Below, one piece after another: positions 27,517 to 28,820 of a stretch of DNA of 28,820 nt. The position numbers were made by a program, and so were the translations under genes. The DNA lies in contig JBFGLM010000055.1 of NCBI GenBank assembly GCA_041576165.1, positions 1-28,820 of the forward strand, read 5' to 3'. A model generated the notes under the pieces. The model ran no database searches. It was not told the DNA's origin and saw nothing but the letters and a program-made list of their open reading frames with translations. The stretch is from Acidimicrobiia bacterium (GTDB lineage Bacteria > Actinomycetota > Acidimicrobiia > Spongiisociales > Spongiisociaceae). The first letter of the stretch is position 1; each line of letters starts with the position of its first letter.

Positions 27517-28602
27517 ATGAACCGACCAGCACCCGGAAGTCGCCTCCACGAGCTCGCCCACCGGGCCGAGACAGTATGGGATCGGCTTAGATCGAGGTTT
27601 GATCGCGAGCCCCAGCAGCTGACCGTGGTGCCGTACATGGGTCACGGAACCTCCCACAAGATCGTCGGCGGGGGACGCGTCCTCACGAATGCTCCGGTCA
27701 CGCCCGCCACCAGCCGCGAGGCCGTCTGGCGCCGGACCCGCCGGATGGTCGCCCGGTTCGCCACCGACGAGGTTGCCGGCATTGCAATCGTCGCCAGTCT
27801 CGGGGGTGCGACAGCCCGTGCCGTCACCGACGAGGAGGGTTACTACCGATTGGAGCTCGTCGAGGCTGACCTGGACGACAACCGCCTGTTGCACCCTATC
27901 GATGTTGAGGTCGAGGCGCCTCCGGACGGAGTCCCGGTTTTCGTGGGCCCAGCGGAGGTGATGGTGCCGACGGCGCGGGCCGAGCGACTGATCATCAGCG
28001 ACATCGACGACACCGTCCTCGAGTCCGGGGTCACCCGGACCATGCAGATGGTCTTGACGACGATGACCGGTTCGGTATGGACGAGAACACCATTTGCCGG
28101 AGCGGCCCGTCTCTATACCGGACTCGCCCGCGGACCCCGGCTCGACCAAGACAACCCGTTCTTCTACGTATCCTCGAGCCCCTGGAACCTGTACGACTTC
28201 CTACACGGTTTCATCGAACGTTCGGTGCTACCCACCGGGCCATTGTTTCTGCGCGACCTGGGGATAGACGACAAGAAGTTCGTAGCCGGAAGCCACGACG
28301 ATCACAAGCGGGCCGCCATCGAGGAGATTCTCGAGGTGCACGACCTGCCGGCGGTTTTGGTCGGCGATACCAATCAGCGAGATCCGGAGATATACCACGC
28401 AGTGGCGCAAGATCATCCCGACCGCGTCGAGGCGATCCTGCTGCGGGCTACACACGACGACGGCCGAGGCGAGAGCCTACGCCGTAGGTACGGCGACACC
28501 AAGGTCCCGTGGGAGATGGGATCCGATTCGGCAGAGCTCGCCGCCGCGGCCGAGGAGATGGGCCTCGTGGCGCCCGGCTGGGCCGACCGGGTACGCGTGT
28601 GA
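27517..28602 (+). CDS. App1 family phosphatidate phosphatase-like protein (DUF2183)
   Basis: PYMGHG, TDEEGYY, IISDIDDTV (DxDxT), FYVSSSPWNLY, GPLFLRD, LVGD..QRDPEIY. Start uncertain (27409 or 27517). Confidence 0.88.
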   Translation: MNRPAPGSRLHELAHRAETVWDRLRSRFDREPQQLTVVPYMGHGTSHKIVGGGRVLTNAPVTPATSREAVWRRTRRMVARFATDEVAGIAIVASLGGATARAVTDEEGYYRLELVEADLDDNRLLHPIDVEVEAPPDGVPVFVGPAEVMVPTARAERLIISDIDDTVLESGVTRTMQMVLTTMTGSVWTRTPFAGAARLYTGLARGPRLDQDNPFFYVSSSPWNLYDFLHGFIERSVLPTGPLFLRDLGIDDKKFVAGSHDDHKRAAIEEILEVHDLPAVLVGDTNQRDPEIYHAVAQDHPDRVEAILLRATHDDGRGESLRRRYGDTKVPWEMGSDSAELAAAAEEMGLVAPGWADRVRV

Positions 28603-28627
28603 ACTGAAACAGCACGAGCAAAACAAC

Positions 28628-28656
28628 AGTGGGGAGCCCGGACCGGGCTCCCCACT
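28628..28656 (-). terminator. Intrinsic terminator between convergent genes
   Basis: AGTGGGGAGCCCG-gac-CGGGCTCCCCACT perfect 13-bp stem; T-rich tail follows on the minus strand. Confidence 0.8.
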
Positions 28657-28676
28657 TGAGGTCTGGCCGATGTTGA

Positions 28677-28820
28677 TCAGGCCGCCGGCGGGAGGATCAC
28701 TGCGTCGATGACGTGGATGACGCCGTTGGAGGCCTCGACGTCGGTGGTGACAACGGTGGCGGAGTCGTTGAGGACGACGTTGCCGTCGACGACCTGGATG
28801 GCGATGTCGCTGCCTTCGAC
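28677..28820 (-). CDS. Fasciclin (FAS1) domain protein, C-terminal end only
   Basis: Manual translation [47 protein letters not shown] stop; H2 motif NGVIHVID. Confidence 0.92.
   Translation of the reverse strand, partial: VEGSDIAIQVVDGNVVLNDSATVVTTDVEASNGVIHVIDAVILPPAA

Noticed and set aside
10890-28820. Duplicated tRNA-fMet 3' end (attR)
   Set aside because: No copy of GGTTCAAATCC or CCCCGCTACC noticed by eye; a degenerate copy could have been missed.

Overview
High-GC window whose gene set suggests an actinobacterium, probably Acidimicrobiia-like (inferred, not searched). 1-10.9 kb looks like core genome: livF/livG-type ABC ATPases, a lipoprotein, a PDZ-Lon (YlbL/SdrC) protease, an unusual protein joining an N-terminal DivIVA domain and coiled coil to a C-terminal phage MuF (minor head protein)-like Cys/His domain, a UPF0182 membrane protein, a small exported protein, PAC2, and tRNA-fMet with promoter and hairpin. 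Behind the tRNA (10.9-19 kb) is a decayed island: a dead tyrosine integrase bracketed by inverted CGGTARAAG motifs, an intact 7TM + heme/siderophore-type ABC operon with a palindromic operator-like array, a truncated IS256 interrupted by a frameshifted IS30, a broken pRiA4b ORF-3 gene and a second integrase fragment. 19.2-28.8 kb holds an SsuA/THI5-type ABC + FAH + dehydrogenase operon, a non-canonical cytochrome P450, a frameshifted secreted protein, a yybP-ykoY riboswitch-controlled terC, an App1-type phosphatase and the end of a fasciclin gene. Best candidates for new biology are the DivIVA-MuF fusion outside any prophage, the atypical P450, and the integrase ends plus operator-bearing transport cassette. 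All calls come from motif recognition by eye; no searches were run.
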